32,000 bases of DNA. Source: Alphaproteobacteria bacterium (GTDB lineage: Bacteria > Pseudomonadota > Alphaproteobacteria > SHVV01). The position numbers were made by a program, and so were the translations under genes. Below the pieces are notes generated by a model. It was not told the origin of the DNA. It ran no database searches and worked only from the letters and a program-made list of their open reading frames with translations. Shown here piece by piece: positions 26,659 to 32,000 of the stretch. The stretch covers positions 16,347 through 48,346 of the forward strand of contig VGEO01000007.1 in the NCBI GenBank assembly GCA_016869275.1, in the 5' to 3' direction. The first letter of the stretch is position 1. Every line of letters begins with the position of its first letter.

Positions 26659-28582
26659 GCGCGGTCGGTGTACGCGCCGGTGGCGGTGGCGGCGCTGACG
26701 GCGCCGGCGGCGGATCGGGCGCGCGGGCAACGGCGGGCCGCGGCGGACCGAGCCCGAACGGCATCAACTCGCGCGCCGGGCGCCCGCGGTGCGCCGCCAG
26801 CATGAAGTCGCGCCACACTCGCGCCGGTACGTCGCCGCCCGTCACCCGATTCATCGGGCTGTTGTCGTCGTTCCCGACCCACACCCCGGCGGTGAGGTCG
26901 GCGGTAAAGCCCAAGAACCACGCATCGCGGAAGTCCTGGCTGGTGCCGGTCTTACCGGCGGCCGGGCGATCGAGCTGGGCGGCGCGGCCGGTGCCGTGCT
27001 GGATCGTCGCTCTCATCATGCGGGCGAGCTTGGCCGCGGTTGCGGTTGCCATCGCCGGACCGGGGCCCGAGCCCTCGCGCCGGAAGAGCGTCGCCCCGCG
27101 TTCGTCCACGACCTCGACGATCGCGTAGGGCCAGACGCCGGTGCCACCGTTGGCGATGGCGACATAGGCGGCGGTCAACTCGAGCGGGGTCACTTCGGCG
27201 GTGCCGAGCGCGAGGCTCGGGATCGCCGGGAGCGGCGAGCCGATGCCGAGCCGGCGTCCCGCCGCCGCGACCCGGCTGCGACCGGCCCGTTCCGCGACCT
27301 GGACGGCCACCGTATTGATCGAGCGCGCGAACGCGTCGGTCAGCGTGACCTCGCCCACGAACGTGCCGTCGATATTCGCCGGCCGCCAGCCACCGATCGC
27401 AATCGGGCCGTCGATGAGCTTGGTCGATGGTTCGAGGCCGGCCTCGAGCCCGGCCAAGTAAACGATCGGCTTGAATGCCGAGCCCGGCTGGCGACGGGCA
27501 TCGACGGCGCGGTTGAACGAGCCGCGCCCGTCGGCGCCGCCGATCATCGCACGCACCGCGCCGTCGTGGCTGAGCGCCACCAACGCCGCCTGGTCGAAGT
27601 CGCGCGCGGCGCCGTCGCGCCGGATCGCGCTCGTGACCGCCCGTTCGGCGCTTTCCTGAACGGTGCGGTCGAGGGTAGTGACGACCCGAAACTCACCGCG
27701 CGCGGCGCCGATGAAATCGGGGATCTGGTCCATCACCCACCCGACGAAGGAATGCCCGCTCATCGGCACGTCGCGGACCGTGACCGCCCGCACGTCGACC
27801 GCGGCGGCTGCGGCGGGGGCGAGGAATTCGGCCGCGACCATGCGCTCGAGGACGACCGCGGCGCGCGCTTGGGCACCAGCCAGATTGACGGTCGGCGCGT
27901 ATCGGGACGGCGCCTTCAGAAGTCCGGCCAGCATCGCCGCTTCGGCGACATCGACCCGGTGCGCCGGCTTGCCGAAATAGCGCCGGGCCGCGGCATCGAC
28001 GCCGTAAGCGCCGGCACCGAAATAGACGCGGTTGAGATAGAGCTCGAGGATTTCGTCCTTGGTCAGGCGGCGCTCGAGCCAGAGCGCCAGCATCGCCTCC
28101 TGCGCCTTGCGCTTCAAGTGCCGCTCCGGCCCCAAAAACAGGTTCCTGGCGAGCTGCTGGGTGATGGTGCTGGCGCCTTCGCGCACGGCGCCAGCGCGTA
28201 GATTGACGACGAGCGCGCGGGCAATACCGCGAAGGTCGAGGCCGCTGTGCTGGTAATAGCGGCGGTCCTCGGTCGCGATCACGGCTTGCGGCAGCCACCG
28301 CGGCAGATCGGCGAGGGCGACCGCGGTCTCGCCGCTCGCGGCGAGGGTGATGAACGGCGTGCCGTCGGCGTAGGCGAGATGAACGGTGGTCGGTTTATCG
28401 AACGCGGCGATCGCGCGCGGATCGGGAAGCTCGGCCGCGACCCAGGCTGCCAGGATGCCGAAGGCGACGACCGCCCAAACCGCCGCGACCGCGAGCCGAT
28501 AGCGGAGCCGCGACGGGCGATGCCGGCGCGCCCGTTGCGCGCGCGGGCCGGTCGGCGGGTCGCGGCGTTTTTTCCGCGTCAT
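26615..28582 (-). CDS. class A penicillin-binding protein (GT51 transglycosylase + transpeptidase), Pro-rich C-terminal tail
   Basis: N-terminal TM anchor. GT51 motifs EDRRYYQHSGLD and RKAQE. Transpeptidase motifs SAFKP (SxxK), SIN (SxN) and KTGTS. Confidence 0.88.
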   Translation of the reverse strand: MTRKKRRDPPTGPRAQRARRHRPSRLRYRLAVAAVWAVVAFGILAAWVAAELPDPRAIAAFDKPTTVHLAYADGTPFITLAASGETAVALADLPRWLPQAVIATEDRRYYQHSGLDLRGIARALVVNLRAGAVREGASTITQQLARNLFLGPERHLKRKAQEAMLALWLERRLTKDEILELYLNRVYFGAGAYGVDAAARRYFGKPAHRVDVAEAAMLAGLLKAPSRYAPTVNLAGAQARAAVVLERMVAAEFLAPAAAAAVDVRAVTVRDVPMSGHSFVGWVMDQIPDFIGAARGEFRVVTTLDRTVQESAERAVTSAIRRDGAARDFDQAALVALSHDGAVRAMIGGADGRGSFNRAVDARRQPGSAFKPIVYLAGLEAGLEPSTKLIDGPIAIGGWRPANIDGTFVGEVTLTDAFARSINTVAVQVAERAGRSRVAAAGRRLGIGSPLPAIPSLALGTAEVTPLELTAAYVAIANGGTGVWPYAIVEVVDERGATLFRREGSGPGPAMATATAAKLARMMRATIQHGTGRAAQLDRPAAGKTGTSQDFRDAWFLGFTADLTAGVWVGNDDNSPMNRVTGGDVPARVWRDFMLAAHRGRPARELMPFGLGPPRPAVARAPDPPPAPSAPPPPPARTPTAPKPEPDGFSARGRE

Positions 28583-28672
28583 GGCGGCGAAACGTACTCA
28601 TCGCCGCGGGATCGCGGCGCGCCCCCTTTAGGGAGCAGATGCGGCGAAAAGATGGCCGCCGGCCGCGGGCCG

Positions 28673-32000
<3,328 letters not shown>

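Noticed and set aside
28602-28619. 7-bp GC hairpin (CGCCGCG-GGAT-CGCGGCG) in the gyrB-PBP spacer, plus other short GC stems (for example 7649-7662 and 6372-6385), considered as terminators or regulatory structures.
   Set aside because: They have no adjacent U-tract and short stems. Such palindromes are expected by chance at about 70% GC.

Overview
This is a high-GC chromosomal window. Gene content (zf-CHCC protein, MmcB, SYLF, CobD-like protein) suggests an alphaproteobacterium, but that is inference only. Most of it is recognisable housekeeping sequence. On the minus strand: polA (5' part, open to the window edge), an ADP-heptose operon (metallophosphoesterase-gmhA-hldE-hldD), a class A PBP, gyrB and recF (open to the window edge). 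On the plus strand: tRNA-Arg(CCG), pyrE, an ABC-2 exporter operon with a histidine phosphatase and a SYLF protein, YcgN, a DapA-family enzyme and a Bcr/CflA MFS pump. Two segments are accessory-like. (1) A lower-GC insert of about 3.6 kb (about 3999-7650) lies directly after pyrE. It carries two paralogous lipoprotein alpha/beta (dienelactone-hydrolase-type) hydrolases and a pentapeptide-repeat gene. (2) A 7.5 kb minus-strand operon (15114->7663) joins a PotABCD-type ABC importer to three tandem Amidohydro_2 (ACMSD-family) paralogs of unknown substrate, with a canonical intrinsic terminator between the binding-protein gene and the enzymes. The most unusual sequence-level pattern is five reading-frame lesions within 5014-9167: in-frame TGA, TAG and TAA, one each in three different genes, plus two frameshifts. 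All flanking core genes are intact. I found no CRISPR array, integrase, transposase or recognisable defence or toxin-antitoxin module. The ABC-plus-triple-amidohydrolase operon and the hydrolase/pentapeptide insert are the best candidates for uncharacterised biology, and neither can be assigned a function from sequence alone. The many long Arg/Ala/Gly-rich ORFs antisense to real genes are high-GC shadow ORFs.
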